Below, piece by piece: positions 51,849 to 61,073 of a DNA stretch of 64,000 nucleotides. Under the pieces are notes generated by a model. That model worked only from the letters and a program-made list of their open reading frames with translations. It was not told where the DNA came from and did no database searches. Location: assembly GCA_002867475.1 (NCBI GenBank), contig PKTL01000044.1, positions 2,157-66,156 on the forward strand, read 5' to 3'. Position 1 is the first letter of the stretch. Each line of letters starts with the position of its first letter. The stretch comes from Candidatus Woesearchaeota archaeon. GTDB taxonomy: Archaea; Nanobdellota; Nanobdellia; Woesearchaeales; BM511. The position numbers and the translations under genes were made by a program.

Positions 51849-51938
51849 GGTATGTACTCTTCTAAGTTTCATTAATAAAAATTTTGTTGAAATCTTGATT
51901 AGATTTATATATTTCTTCTGTTCTACCAATCGTTTAAT

Positions 51939-52217
51939 ATGAATGTCTATATAAGAACAGAACTAACTCAAAACGAAGCAGAAGATGTAAATAAATTGGT
52001 CAAACATATGAAACAAGTACATGTTAGAACATTTAGGTTTGGCAGAAAACCACAAATACCTTTCAAGGACGTGTATGAATTAATGGATGAGTACAGGTCT
52101 GATCTGATTGAGAAAACAAAAAAATTATATGAATCTAAAGAAGCAACCCTAGCTCAAGTAATCCCTCGCTCTAAACTGGGCAAGCTTGAAGCCGAAGTAA
52201 TATTCTATAAATGCTAA
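51939..52217 (+). CDS. Hypothetical small protein
   Basis: 92 aa. Confidence 0.35.
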   Translation: MNVYIRTELTQNEAEDVNKLVKHMKQVHVRTFRFGRKPQIPFKDVYELMDEYRSDLIEKTKKLYESKEATLAQVIPRSKLGKLEAEVIFYKC

Positions 52218-52268
52218 GTTATATGGTTTCATCATTTAAATAGTTTAGTTAATATTTCGGTTTAAACA

Positions 52269-52721
52269 TTAATCAATCCTTACAAGAAAACTCTTTTCAG
52301 CATACAGATTGTTATCAAGAAGAACAGTTATCTCACAATTATATTCCTCATTTTCTAGGTTTGTTGGACTTTTAATTATGCTAGAGGCTACTTTTGGACT
52401 AATAGGATCAACATTTACTTCTTCTAATGAATCAATCTCTAATTCATCACCGCCACAAGCAGTGATGATCTGGAAAGTTTTTACTTCTGGATTCTCATTT
52501 CTTAATCCATAATAGATTTCTATTTCTTTTCCTTCCTTCAATTCATATTCGTCTTTATCAAGCAATAGTTTAATTGTAGAATTGCTTTCAAACTCCTCAT
52601 ACAATTGAGCTTCTATATTAACAGAAACATCACCAAGATCAATAATTTCTTGTTCTTCGCTTGTGCATCCTATAAAGAACAAGGATGTAACCAGCAGAAT
52701 CATCAAAATTGTACCTCTCAT
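52269..52721 (-). CDS. Secreted/lipoprotein-like acidic protein
   Basis: Signal peptide with FFIGC lipobox-like motif. Confidence 0.45.
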   Translation of the reverse strand: MRGTILMILLVTSLFFIGCTSEEQEIIDLGDVSVNIEAQLYEEFESNSTIKLLLDKDEYELKEGKEIEIYYGLRNENPEVKTFQIITACGGDELEIDSLEEVNVDPISPKVASSIIKSPTNLENEEYNCEITVLLDNNLYAEKSFLVRID

Positions 52722-52778
52722 ACAAGTCTTATTCTTAATAGTGATATAAAAACTTAACTAAAATGTTATAATAAAATC

Positions 52779-53147
52779 TTATCTTTTTCTATAATTGAAA
52801 ATCTTATTATATTTGTCATGGTCCATAAAATCAAGAACCATAACTTCCTTATGATCTGGATGACCTATTATTGTATATAGAAGCCTCCAATAACCAATCA
52901 GTTCAATCCTAAATATCTTGTTTGTCTGATACATATCAAATGTTTTCTTATTAAGATACATTCTAGGTATCAGATTTCCTTTGGTAGGATTTTTCTTCAG
53001 TAAAAGAATTGTTTGGTCTATCTTGTCAAGCAATTGAGAATAAGTTGGTTTATCAGGTTTTGATGTGTTGTTTTTAACATCTTTTTTTAGTTGGTCATAT
53101 TTTTGACCTGCAAAATCTTCATCAAATGTTACTACAACATCAATCAC
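52779..53147 (-). CDS. RelE/ParE-family toxin-like protein
   Basis: C-terminal RIELIGYWRLLYTI...EVMVLDFMDHDKY matches RelE/YoeB core; GTG start 3 nt after the upstream stop. Confidence 0.55.
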   Translation of the reverse strand: MIDVVVTFDEDFAGQKYDQLKKDVKNNTSKPDKPTYSQLLDKIDQTILLLKKNPTKGNLIPRMYLNKKTFDMYQTNKIFRIELIGYWRLLYTIIGHPDHKEVMVLDFMDHDKYNKIFNYRKR

Positions 53148-53149
53148 TT

Positions 53150-53461
53150 TTACATTACTCTCCTTGCCTTATTCATCTTGTTCTTCAAACCTTTGCTTAT
53201 ATTATCCTCATATATCCATAATACTCCTTCAGGCAAAGTGATAACCTTATTACTTTCTTCAAGATATTCTAGAATTAGGTTTAAAGTTTGTCTCATAATC
53301 TTTTTTTCTAACCTTCTATCAATCTCATTTTTTGCAATAGGTTCATCTGATTCTTTTAGGATTTTTTCAACTCTAAGAACTGTGTCAAGTCTAGGATAAT
53401 GCAAAGCTTTTTTCCCACCTGTTGTTGATGTCTCCATCAATGCCATATCTACCACTTCCAT
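53150..53461 (-). CDS. Putative cognate antitoxin or partner protein
   Basis: 103 aa, translationally coupled to the RelE-like gene; sits directly downstream of the palindromic repeats. Confidence 0.4.
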   Translation of the reverse strand: MEVVDMALMETSTTGGKKALHYPRLDTVLRVEKILKESDEPIAKNEIDRRLEKKIMRQTLNLILEYLEESNKVITLPEGVLWIYEDNISKGLKNKMNKARRVM

Positions 53462-53490
53462 CGTAGTATATCACCTAGTTTTCTTTACAA

Positions 53491-53526
53491 CTATAGTATA
53501 TACTTATACTATAGTATAAACTTATA
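53491..53526 (-). promoter_or_regulatory. Putative promoter/operator: tandem 18-bp repeats ctatagtata(t/a)acttata containing 14-bp palindrome tatactatagtata
   Basis: Located 30-65 bp upstream of the ATG at 53461; palindrome at 53505-53518. Confidence 0.45.
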
Positions 53527-53672
53527 TAATATATAAATCTTTTTATTAACCAATAGAGTGGATTGTTTCTTTAAAAATCCTATCCAACAAAGTCCAGTGT
53601 CTAGTGCTTAAACGAATCCTTTAAATATTCAACAATCATTTAACTTTCTATAAATAATAAAGGTGATCTACT

Positions 53673-53849
53673 ATGTTTTTTAAGAAAAAAGAAAGAAAAG
53701 TTTGCCCAATGCCATTTTTCGCTTCAGTACTTATGGGGATAGGCTTTGGAGTATGGACAGGAGAATACCTAGCATTCGTACTGATAGGAATAGGTCTTGG
53801 CGGAATAATAATGGGCGTAACCCAAAAGGATGCATTACTGAAGTTATAA
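53673..53849 (+). CDS. Small membrane protein (58 aa, two Gly-zipper TM helices)
   Basis: MFFKKKERK then GIGFGVW...IGIGLGGIIMG; preferred over antisense track ORF 53648-53902. Confidence 0.35.
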   Translation: MFFKKKERKVCPMPFFASVLMGIGFGVWTGEYLAFVLIGIGLGGIIMGVTQKDALLKL

Positions 53850-53948
53850 ATCCTAGTATTTGAAATAAAATGCAGAACCCAGGAGTGCTTTTGGACGTGC
53901 ACACTTAAGGTACATTGACTCGCCAGGTTTTACTCGCCAAAGTCAGTA

Positions 53949-54080
53949 TTAAATTAAATCAATAAAAAATTTTTCAACCTTATTTGGTTGTCGTCTTCTT
54001 TCAACTTGAGCCATTTTTTCTAAAAAATCTTTTGACTCTTCATAGTTTAATGTTGGTGTTGCTCTTATTGGTTTTGCCAT
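53949..54080 (-). CDS. 43-aa ribbon-helix-helix-like small protein
   Basis: MAKPIRATPTLNYEESKDFLEKMAQ: beta-strand then helix pattern of CopG/RHH; under 60 aa so absent from track. Confidence 0.25.
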   Translation of the reverse strand: MAKPIRATPTLNYEESKDFLEKMAQVERRRQPNKVEKFFIDLI

Positions 54081-54137
54081 CTTTTCACCTTATTCCAATC
54101 AACTTATTTTTTTATATAAATTTTTTCATTTTAAAAA

Positions 54138-54512
54138 TTATAACTTTAATTTATACATGAGATTAGGTATTTTATTCTCTGAATGTTTTATAACTTGATA
54201 AAGATCAAGATACATAGGTGTTGTTCCAGATTTTTGCTTGATTATTTCATCTTCTGTTTGTTTTTTTCGAGTTTTTAATATCTCAAATTGAAATTTCCTA
54301 TAAAAATGATATGAATCTTTGTTCTTATCTTGATGTCTTTTGGCATCTAATGTGATAAATCTGCATGCTGCAAGATTATTCATGAAAATAATTCTTCTAA
54401 CACACCAAGCTAAAATGCATGTCCCAATTTTTCTTTTTTCGTCGATTTTATCCACGCATAATCTACCAATTTTTAATGCAGGTAATGATTTATGTTCTAT
54501 TCTTTTAGTCAA
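54138..54512 (-). pseudogene. N-terminally truncated GNAT acetyltransferase (toxin-like GNAT?)
   Basis: LPALKIGRLCVDK...ILAW and FITLDAK...FYRKFQF GNAT motifs. The frame stays open only to 54563 with no ATG. Track start is TTG. Confidence 0.4.
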
Positions 54513-54691
54513 AAAGAATTTTTTTAATTTTGCATCAAGATTTATCCCATCTGAAAGAATATCTTACAAATATTTAAATGTTGTTATTTAACATCATATA
54601 TTTAATCTTTGCTTATAATTAATGATTAATTTAATCTAAAATTGTTAAATACAGAAAAAATTTATAAAGAGTAATTGTTTAATATTGTTTT

Positions 54692-55834
54692 ATGGGAAAA
54701 GGCTCAACGCAGGTTCTTATCAGGAGAATTATTGAATCTGTATCTAAGTTTCCGATGTCAGCTACTGAGATTGCTAAGAGTACTGATTTGGATAGGACGG
54801 CTATATCAAGATATCTTGATGTTTTAAAAAAAAGTGGTTTTGTAAAAGAACAACAAACAGGAACAAGTAAAAAATATTTTCTTTCATCTAATTATGATCT
54901 TAATACTTATTTTGGGCTTCCCTTGGATGAAAAAACTACTCGATTAATTGATTCATTATATTTTAAGATAAAAGAGGAATGGGGTAAGAAAACAGAAAGA
55001 AAATTATTAAAGACCACTGCTCAAAAAATCATGTTTAAAGTAATAGAGGAATCTAAACTTAATATTCCAAAAGGTTGGTATATTTATGGTGGTATCTGCA
55101 TTAAGCCTTATGATTATAATGAATCCTATGAATATTTGATTAATCTAGATAATAATGTTCTTAAAAATATTAAATATGTTGTTGAAGGGTATTCTGTTAA
55201 TCATTTTGAGTATGAATCTAGGCAAATGCAGTATAAGGATGCAGGAAATGATTTATATGATAATAAAGAAGATATTTTGAAACTTTTATATTCAAAGAAT
55301 TTTTCTAAGAATTCAATTTACATTTTTCAAAAACTTTTTTCTAAATTATGGAATTTAGCACCAAAAGGGGATGAGTTATATGATAATTTACTTAATGATT
55401 ATGATACTTTATTAATTGATATAACAAAACATTGGGATGAATTTGTAGAAGAAGATAATGAAAGGAATTTTGCTGAGTTTAAACAAAAACTTATTCTTTC
55501 TTTTGAAACATTATGGAAGATGGTTGCAATGTATAATTTTAAGAATAATTTAGAAGAATTCTATTTAGAAAAACAATTAGATGAACATTTCAAATTTGAT
55601 TTATTTAAAGTAAAAGAAGAACTAATTGAAATTGGTTCTGAATTAAATGATATGATTCCTTTTGAGGAACCAGATGATCCTACTTATTTGAAAATAAGAG
55701 AAATAATGTCAAATATAACTCCTTTAACAAAAGAAGAAAGTGAGAAAGTTGCAGAAGAGATGGAAGAATATAAAAAGAAACATGGTCAGGACGCTTTGAA
55801 TAAAAAATTAAGAAAAGAATTTGGATTAGATTAA
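54692..55834 (+). CDS. wHTH N-domain protein with large unknown C-terminal domain
   Basis: MSATEIAKSTDLDRTAISRYLDVLKKSGFV wHTH; 380 aa. Confidence 0.45.
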   Translation: MGKGSTQVLIRRIIESVSKFPMSATEIAKSTDLDRTAISRYLDVLKKSGFVKEQQTGTSKKYFLSSNYDLNTYFGLPLDEKTTRLIDSLYFKIKEEWGKKTERKLLKTTAQKIMFKVIEESKLNIPKGWYIYGGICIKPYDYNESYEYLINLDNNVLKNIKYVVEGYSVNHFEYESRQMQYKDAGNDLYDNKEDILKLLYSKNFSKNSIYIFQKLFSKLWNLAPKGDELYDNLLNDYDTLLIDITKHWDEFVEEDNERNFAEFKQKLILSFETLWKMVAMYNFKNNLEEFYLEKQLDEHFKFDLFKVKEELIEIGSELNDMIPFEEPDDPTYLKIREIMSNITPLTKEESEKVAEEMEEYKKKHGQDALNKKLRKEFGLD

Positions 55835-56236
55835 TTGCTTTGGCTTTTTTATAGGTATATGAGTTTGAATTTGATTGAAATGTTTTGTATTGCTTGTGGT
55901 AATAATTTCCGCATTAGATTTTTCTGCTAGAACAACATGAAGAGCATCATCAGGATGGTCCTTAGATAATAGTTTTGCTTTATCTTGATCTTTAGAATCA
56001 AAACTAACTTTTTCTGTTTTTGATTCTGCGAATTTAAACAACATAACAATCTCTTGAGGTATTACATGTTTTTTTAATTTGTAAAGCATCCAATCTGAAA
56101 ATATTAAATGATGTTTACAGTTGATAGCATCACTAAATAATTTAGATGCATGAATGCCCAGATTCTCTCCTTGTAAATTATTTCTATTTTCAATCATATC
56201 AATAATTACATTAGTGTCAATATATAATTTAGGCAT
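55826..56236 (-). CDS. PIN-domain (VapC-like) nuclease
   Basis: MPKLYIDTNVIIDM N-terminal acidic motif, further conserved D/E positions. Confidence 0.6.
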   Translation of the reverse strand: MPKLYIDTNVIIDMIENRNNLQGENLGIHASKLFSDAINCKHHLIFSDWMLYKLKKHVIPQEIVMLFKFAESKTEKVSFDSKDQDKAKLLSKDHPDDALHVVLAEKSNAEIITTSNTKHFNQIQTHIPIKKPKQLI

Positions 56237-56288
56237 AAAATCATATTAAATTATTTATTTAAAAGCTTATCTTGTAAATGTCCAGGGA

Positions 56289-56936
56289 TTATCTATCTTT
56301 CCAACTCCAATAATCTTCTTTTCCAATAATTACATGATCTAAGACTTTTATATCAAGCATCTCTCCAGCTTCAATTAATCTTTTCGTAATCTCTAAATCC
56401 TCTTCACTAGGATTAGGATCTCCTGAAGGATGATTATGAACTAAAATAATAGAATTGGCACTTTCTTTAATAGAGTTCTTAAAGATTTCACGAGGGTGAA
56501 CAATAGTGGTGTTTAAAGTACCTATTGATACAACTTCATCCTTAATAATATTATTTTTGGTATCAAGCATTAACACAACAAAATGTTCCTTGTCTAACTC
56601 TGATAAATGTTTATTATATTCAAAAACATCTCTCGGACTTTTAATGATCCTACTTGCTTTACTAAACGAGTGTCTTTTACTAAATTCAAAAAGAGCAAGG
56701 ATTTGCATTGCTTTAGCTTCACCAACACCGTTAATCTTCATAAGTTCAGTCATGGACATTTTAGATAAATCTGGAAAAGCACTAAGTAATCGATTACTCA
56801 TATCAACAACGTTTTCACTCTTACTCCCTTTTTGTAAGATTAAAGCAAGAAGTTCAGCATCGCTAAGATTAGAACTTCCAAAACGCTTAAACCTCTCACG
56901 AGGCCGATTATCTAGTGAAATATCTTTTATCTTCAT
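56289..56936 (-). CDS. radC: RadC-like JAB/MPN domain protein
   Basis: HNHPSGDPNPSEED JAMM motif, HhH-like N-terminus. Confidence 0.8.
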   Translation of the reverse strand: MKIKDISLDNRPRERFKRFGSSNLSDAELLALILQKGSKSENVVDMSNRLLSAFPDLSKMSMTELMKINGVGEAKAMQILALFEFSKRHSFSKASRIIKSPRDVFEYNKHLSELDKEHFVVLMLDTKNNIIKDEVVSIGTLNTTIVHPREIFKNSIKESANSIILVHNHPSGDPNPSEEDLEITKRLIEAGEMLDIKVLDHVIIGKEDYWSWKDR

Positions 56937-57386
56937 ATTAAATAAATTATTTAATGAAAATTTATAAAATCTTCTAATATTTTAATTATTATCTTCTATC
57001 CTCATAGTCACTGTATCACTTTATAATTAACAAAAGCATAGCTTTATAAACAAACCTGAATTTCTGACCTTTGTTAACACGTGATAAATAGTAAGATTCC
57101 GACGGGAATGTATTTATTGCAATACGCACAATTAGATCCTGAAAAGAAATCATCTTTTAAGATAAATGCTTAAAAACGATACTGTTGGTCGTTTACACAA
57201 GCGAAGATACACCAGAAATGGTCTCTTAACGTTCTTAAAAAAAGATTTTTCATCAATAGGATCATTACAAAAAAAGATTTGTGCGATAGATTAGGATAAC
57301 TATACGAAACCGATAACACTCGAGATAAATGATTCGGTCAATCGTGAAGAAAAAAAGTATTGAGTGTATAAATAAACGAGAAAAAA

Positions 57387-58367
57387 ATGGCAAAAGTAGG
57401 AAGACCAAGACATGGAAGCATGCAGTTCTGGCCAAGAAAGCGGGCTGCAAAGGAAACACCTAAATTAAGAAGTTTCCCAAAAGTAGATAGTGCTCTACCA
57501 GTAGGCCTAGCAGGTTACAAGGTAGGAATGACACACTTAACATTTACAGACAACAGAAAGAATTCTAAAACTAAGGGCGATCTAGTTACATGGCCTGTTA
57601 CAATTGTAGAAGTACCAAACCTAAAAGTTATAGGTGCAAGATTCTACAAGAACCACTATGGTGGAATGCAGCCTTTAACAGATGTTAGAGCAGACAAGCT
57701 AGATAAAACGTTTGAAAGAAAACTAACAGCTCCAAAAAAGGTTAATAACAAGTACCCAGATAGCTTCGACGAAGCAAGAGTACTATTAGGAACTCAACCA
57801 AGCCTAACTGGTTTCGGTAAGAAGAGACCTGAAGTTTTCGAGATGGCAATCGGTGGTTCAAACGAAGAAAAAATAGCATACATCAAGGAAAACCTAGGAA
57901 AGGACTTATCACCAAGTGACATCCTAAAAGAAGGAGAACTATTAGATTCACACTCAGTAACAAAAGGTAAAGGATACCAAGGACCAGTAAAAAGGTTTGG
58001 AATCGGACTAAAAGCATCAAAATCCGAAAAAGGAAGAAGAAGACCAGGAAGTCTAGGAGGCTGGAAAGGTCACGCACACTTCATGTATAGGAATCCAAAC
58101 GCTGGAAAGATGGGATACCACCTAAGAACTGAATACAACAAATTACTATTGAAGATTGGAGACAACCCTGAAGAGATAAACGCAAAGGGTGGATTCATCA
58201 GATATGGTCTAGTAAAAAACAACTATCTATTAATCAAAGGTTCACTAGGTGGACCACATAAAAGATTAGTTATTCTAAATAAAGCAATTAGACCAAACAA
58301 GAAGCTAGCAATAGGAGAAGTGCCAAGCATCGAGCATGTAAGCACTAGCTCAAAGCAGGGTAGATAA
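57387..58367 (+). CDS. rpl3: 50S ribosomal protein L3
   Basis: MAKVGRPRHGSMQFWPRKRA archaeal uL3 N-terminus. Confidence 0.95.
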   Translation: MAKVGRPRHGSMQFWPRKRAAKETPKLRSFPKVDSALPVGLAGYKVGMTHLTFTDNRKNSKTKGDLVTWPVTIVEVPNLKVIGARFYKNHYGGMQPLTDVRADKLDKTFERKLTAPKKVNNKYPDSFDEARVLLGTQPSLTGFGKKRPEVFEMAIGGSNEEKIAYIKENLGKDLSPSDILKEGELLDSHSVTKGKGYQGPVKRFGIGLKASKSEKGRRRPGSLGGWKGHAHFMYRNPNAGKMGYHLRTEYNKLLLKIGDNPEEINAKGGFIRYGLVKNNYLLIKGSLGGPHKRLVILNKAIRPNKKLAIGEVPSIEHVSTSSKQGR

Positions 58368-58369
58368 AA

Positions 58370-59170
58370 ATGAAAGCTAAAGTATTTTCAATCACAGGTC
58401 AGGCTGGAAAAGACATAGAATTCCCAACACAATTCAATGAGGAATTCAGACCAGACTTGATCAAAAGAGCAGTACTTGCTATCCAAGCAGCAAAAAGGCA
58501 ACCATATGGTGCAGACCCTGAAGCTGGAAAGAAGCACGTTACAAAGATCTCAAGACGAAGACATAAGTTTAAAGGCTCATACGGAGCAGGTATATCAAGA
58601 GTTCCAAGAAAGATCATGTCCGCAAGAGGAACAAGATTTAATTGGGTAGGAGCACTTGCCCCAGGAACAACTGGAGGACGAAGAGCACACCCGCCAAAAG
58701 CAGAGAAGATCTGGACTCAAAAAATCAACGTCAAAGAGAGAAGAAAAGCTATTAGAAGCGCTCTAGCAGCAAGCATCAACGCAAACTTAGTGGAAGACAG
58801 AGGACACAAAGTACCAAAGACATATCCATTAGTTGTAGAGACAAAAGCTGAAGAGATAGCAAAAACAAAAGACGCAATCCAAATGCTAATCGCACTAGGA
58901 TTAAAAGACGAACTAACAAGATGCCAAGTAAAGAAAGTAAGAGCAGGTAAAGGAACAATGAGAGGCCGAAGATACCAAAGGAAAAAAGGTCCATTAGTAA
59001 TTGTTTCAAAAGACTCAAACCTTCACAAAGCTCTACGAAACGTTACAGGAGTAGATATAGTTGTTGCAGACAACCTGAACACTGAATTATTAGCGCCAGG
59101 AACAGCAGCAGGAAGAATAAGTGTCTACACTGAAGACGCAGTGGCAAAGATTGGAGGGTTATTCAAATAA
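58370..59170 (+). CDS. rpl4: 50S ribosomal protein L4
   Basis: uL4 family, operon position. Confidence 0.9.
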   Translation: MKAKVFSITGQAGKDIEFPTQFNEEFRPDLIKRAVLAIQAAKRQPYGADPEAGKKHVTKISRRRHKFKGSYGAGISRVPRKIMSARGTRFNWVGALAPGTTGGRRAHPPKAEKIWTQKINVKERRKAIRSALAASINANLVEDRGHKVPKTYPLVVETKAEEIAKTKDAIQMLIALGLKDELTRCQVKKVRAGKGTMRGRRYQRKKGPLVIVSKDSNLHKALRNVTGVDIVVADNLNTELLAPGTAAGRISVYTEDAVAKIGGLFK

Positions 59171-59171
59171 A

Positions 59172-59420
59172 ATGGCAATCGTAAATCCAATTTCAACAGA
59201 GAAATCAATCAGGCTGATGGAATCAGAGAACAAGCTCGTATTCCTAGTTGACAAGAAAGCAACAAAAGCTGAAATAAAATCAGAAGTAGAAGAACTATTC
59301 AACTGCAAGGTTGAAGGAGTCAACACAATGATTGGTTCAGACGGAAAGAAAAAAGCATATGTCAAGTTTGCAATGGACACACCAGCAATAGACATAGCAA
59401 CACAATTGGGGTTGATGTAA
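59172..59420 (+). CDS. rpl23: 50S ribosomal protein L23
   Basis: ATG at 59172 (track ORF starts earlier at GTG); uL23 fold-like and operon position. Confidence 0.85.
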   Translation: MAIVNPISTEKSIRLMESENKLVFLVDKKATKAEIKSEVEELFNCKVEGVNTMIGSDGKKKAYVKFAMDTPAIDIATQLGLM

Positions 59421-59421
59421 G

Positions 59422-60102
59422 ATGGGTAAAAATCTAATACAACAAGCAAGAGGAAAAGGCGGACCAACATACAGAAGTCCAAGCTTTAGATATAAAGGAG
59501 AAGCAAAATTCCCAAGCACAGAAGTATCAGGAGTGATAACAGACATAATCAGCTGCCAAGGACATTCAGCACCGCTTTTCGAAGTAAAATATGATGACAA
59601 CACATGCGGATACATGATCGCATCAGAAGGAAAGAGGGTAGGAGACAAGATTACAGGTGAATCAGTAACAGCACTAAAGAACATCCCCGAAGGAAGCTTT
59701 GTATATAATATAGAAGCAAGACCAAAAGACGGAGGAAAATTCGTAAGAGCTGGAGGAGCATTCGCTAAAGTTGTTACAAAAACAAAAGACAGGATAATAG
59801 TACTATTACCTAGCAAGAAGCAAAAGGAATTCCATCCTGAATGCAGAGCAGCAATAGGTGTTGTTGCAGGCGGTGGACGAACCGAGAAGCCATTCCTTAA
59901 AGCAGGAAACAAGTTTTTCGCAATGAAAGCAAAGAACAAATTATGGCCAATAGTTTCAGGTTCAGCACAAAACGCGGTAGACCACCCATTCGGTAACAAG
60001 AGGTCAAGCAGAAAATCAAAAGCAAGACCAGCACCAAACAACGCTCCACCAGGAAGAAATGTTGGTATGATAAGACCGAAAAGGACAGGAAGGAAGAAAT
60101 AG
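59422..60102 (+). CDS. rpl2: 50S ribosomal protein L2
   Basis: uL2 C-terminal GGGRTEKP..HPFGNKRSS region. Confidence 0.95.
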   Translation: MGKNLIQQARGKGGPTYRSPSFRYKGEAKFPSTEVSGVITDIISCQGHSAPLFEVKYDDNTCGYMIASEGKRVGDKITGESVTALKNIPEGSFVYNIEARPKDGGKFVRAGGAFAKVVTKTKDRIIVLLPSKKQKEFHPECRAAIGVVAGGGRTEKPFLKAGNKFFAMKAKNKLWPIVSGSAQNAVDHPFGNKRSSRKSKARPAPNNAPPGRNVGMIRPKRTGRKK

Positions 60103-60112
60103 GTGTTAAAAA

Positions 60113-60496
60113 ATGGCAAAAAAAGAATTTATTTTCAATGGAAAAAGTATCGAGGAGCTAAAAGAGCTTTCTGATAAGGAATTTGCAGAACTTATTCCTT
60201 CAAGAGAAAGAAGAACAATCCTTAGAGGCTATACTGAAGAGCAGAAAAGATTCATAGAAAAGATTGATGCAGGAAAGAATCACATAAAGACTCACTGCAG
60301 AGACATAGTCATCCTTCCAAAGATGGTCGGAAAAACTATCAAGATACATACCGGAAGAGAATTTATAGACCTACTGGTACAAGATGAGATGATTGGTCAC
60401 AGGCTTGGTGAATATGCACTAACAAGAAAAAGAGTTGGGCACAGCGCTCCAGGAGTAGGAGCAACAAAAAGCAGTGCTCACGTATCGGTGAGATAA
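60113..60496 (+). CDS. rps19: 30S ribosomal protein S19
   Basis: GHRLGEYALTRK uS19 signature. Confidence 0.95.
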   Translation: MAKKEFIFNGKSIEELKELSDKEFAELIPSRERRTILRGYTEEQKRFIEKIDAGKNHIKTHCRDIVILPKMVGKTIKIHTGREFIDLLVQDEMIGHRLGEYALTRKRVGHSAPGVGATKSSAHVSVR

Positions 60497-60497
60497 G

Positions 60498-61073
60498 ATG
60501 GGATACTCAAAAAATGAATATGATGAGAAATCCATGGCAAGAGCCCTTGGAAAAGACCTATCAATCAGTACAAAGGTATCCATCGAGATGTGCAAGTATT
60601 TACGAAACAAGTCAACAAAAAGAGCTAAGCAGATCCTTTCAAGAGTCTTAGAGAAAAAGGAAGCTATTCCTTTCACAAGATTCAATTGGGATATGGGTCA
60701 CAAGCCAGGAGATATGGGTCCTGGAAGATACCCTCAAAAAGCAAGCGAAGAGCTTCTTGCATTGATAAAATCAGTTGAAGCAAACGCATCAAGCAAAGGA
60801 TTATCAGTTGACAACCTAGTAATCAGCCACTTAGTAGCACAAAAAGCGTCAAGACCTTGGCACTATGGAAGGCAAAGAAGAAGGCAGATGAAAAGAACAC
60901 ATATCGAGATAATGGTTAAGGAAGCAGAAACAAAAGCTAAACCAGCTAAAGAATCAGTTAAATCTGCACCTGAACCAAAAAAAGAAACACCAAAACCTAA
61001 AGCTGAAAGCAAACCAGCAACTAAGGAAGAAACACCAAAAGCTGAGAAGCAAGCTGAGGTAAAAGAAAAATGA
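60498..61073 (+). CDS. rpl22: 50S ribosomal protein L22 with K/E/P-rich C-terminal extension
   Basis: uL22 core plus low-complexity tail AKPAKESVKSAPEPKKETPKPKAESKP. Confidence 0.9.
   Translation: MGYSKNEYDEKSMARALGKDLSISTKVSIEMCKYLRNKSTKRAKQILSRVLEKKEAIPFTRFNWDMGHKPGDMGPGRYPQKASEELLALIKSVEANASSKGLSVDNLVISHLVAQKASRPWHYGRQRRRQMKRTHIEIMVKEAETKAKPAKESVKSAPEPKKETPKPKAESKPATKEETPKAEKQAEVKEK

Noticed and set aside
53648-53902. 84-aa minus-strand track ORF
   Set aside because: Pro/Ile-rich low-complexity translation antisense to a much more convincing small two-helix membrane protein ORF (53673-53849).
59337-60119. 260-aa minus-strand ORF antisense to L2 (and similar antisense ORFs at 61694-61921, 58776-59018, 62966-63436)
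   Set aside because: Pro/Leu/Phe-rich low-complexity translations produced by the purine-rich, strongly biased sense strand of highly expressed r-protein genes. No motifs; fully contained in confident CDSs.
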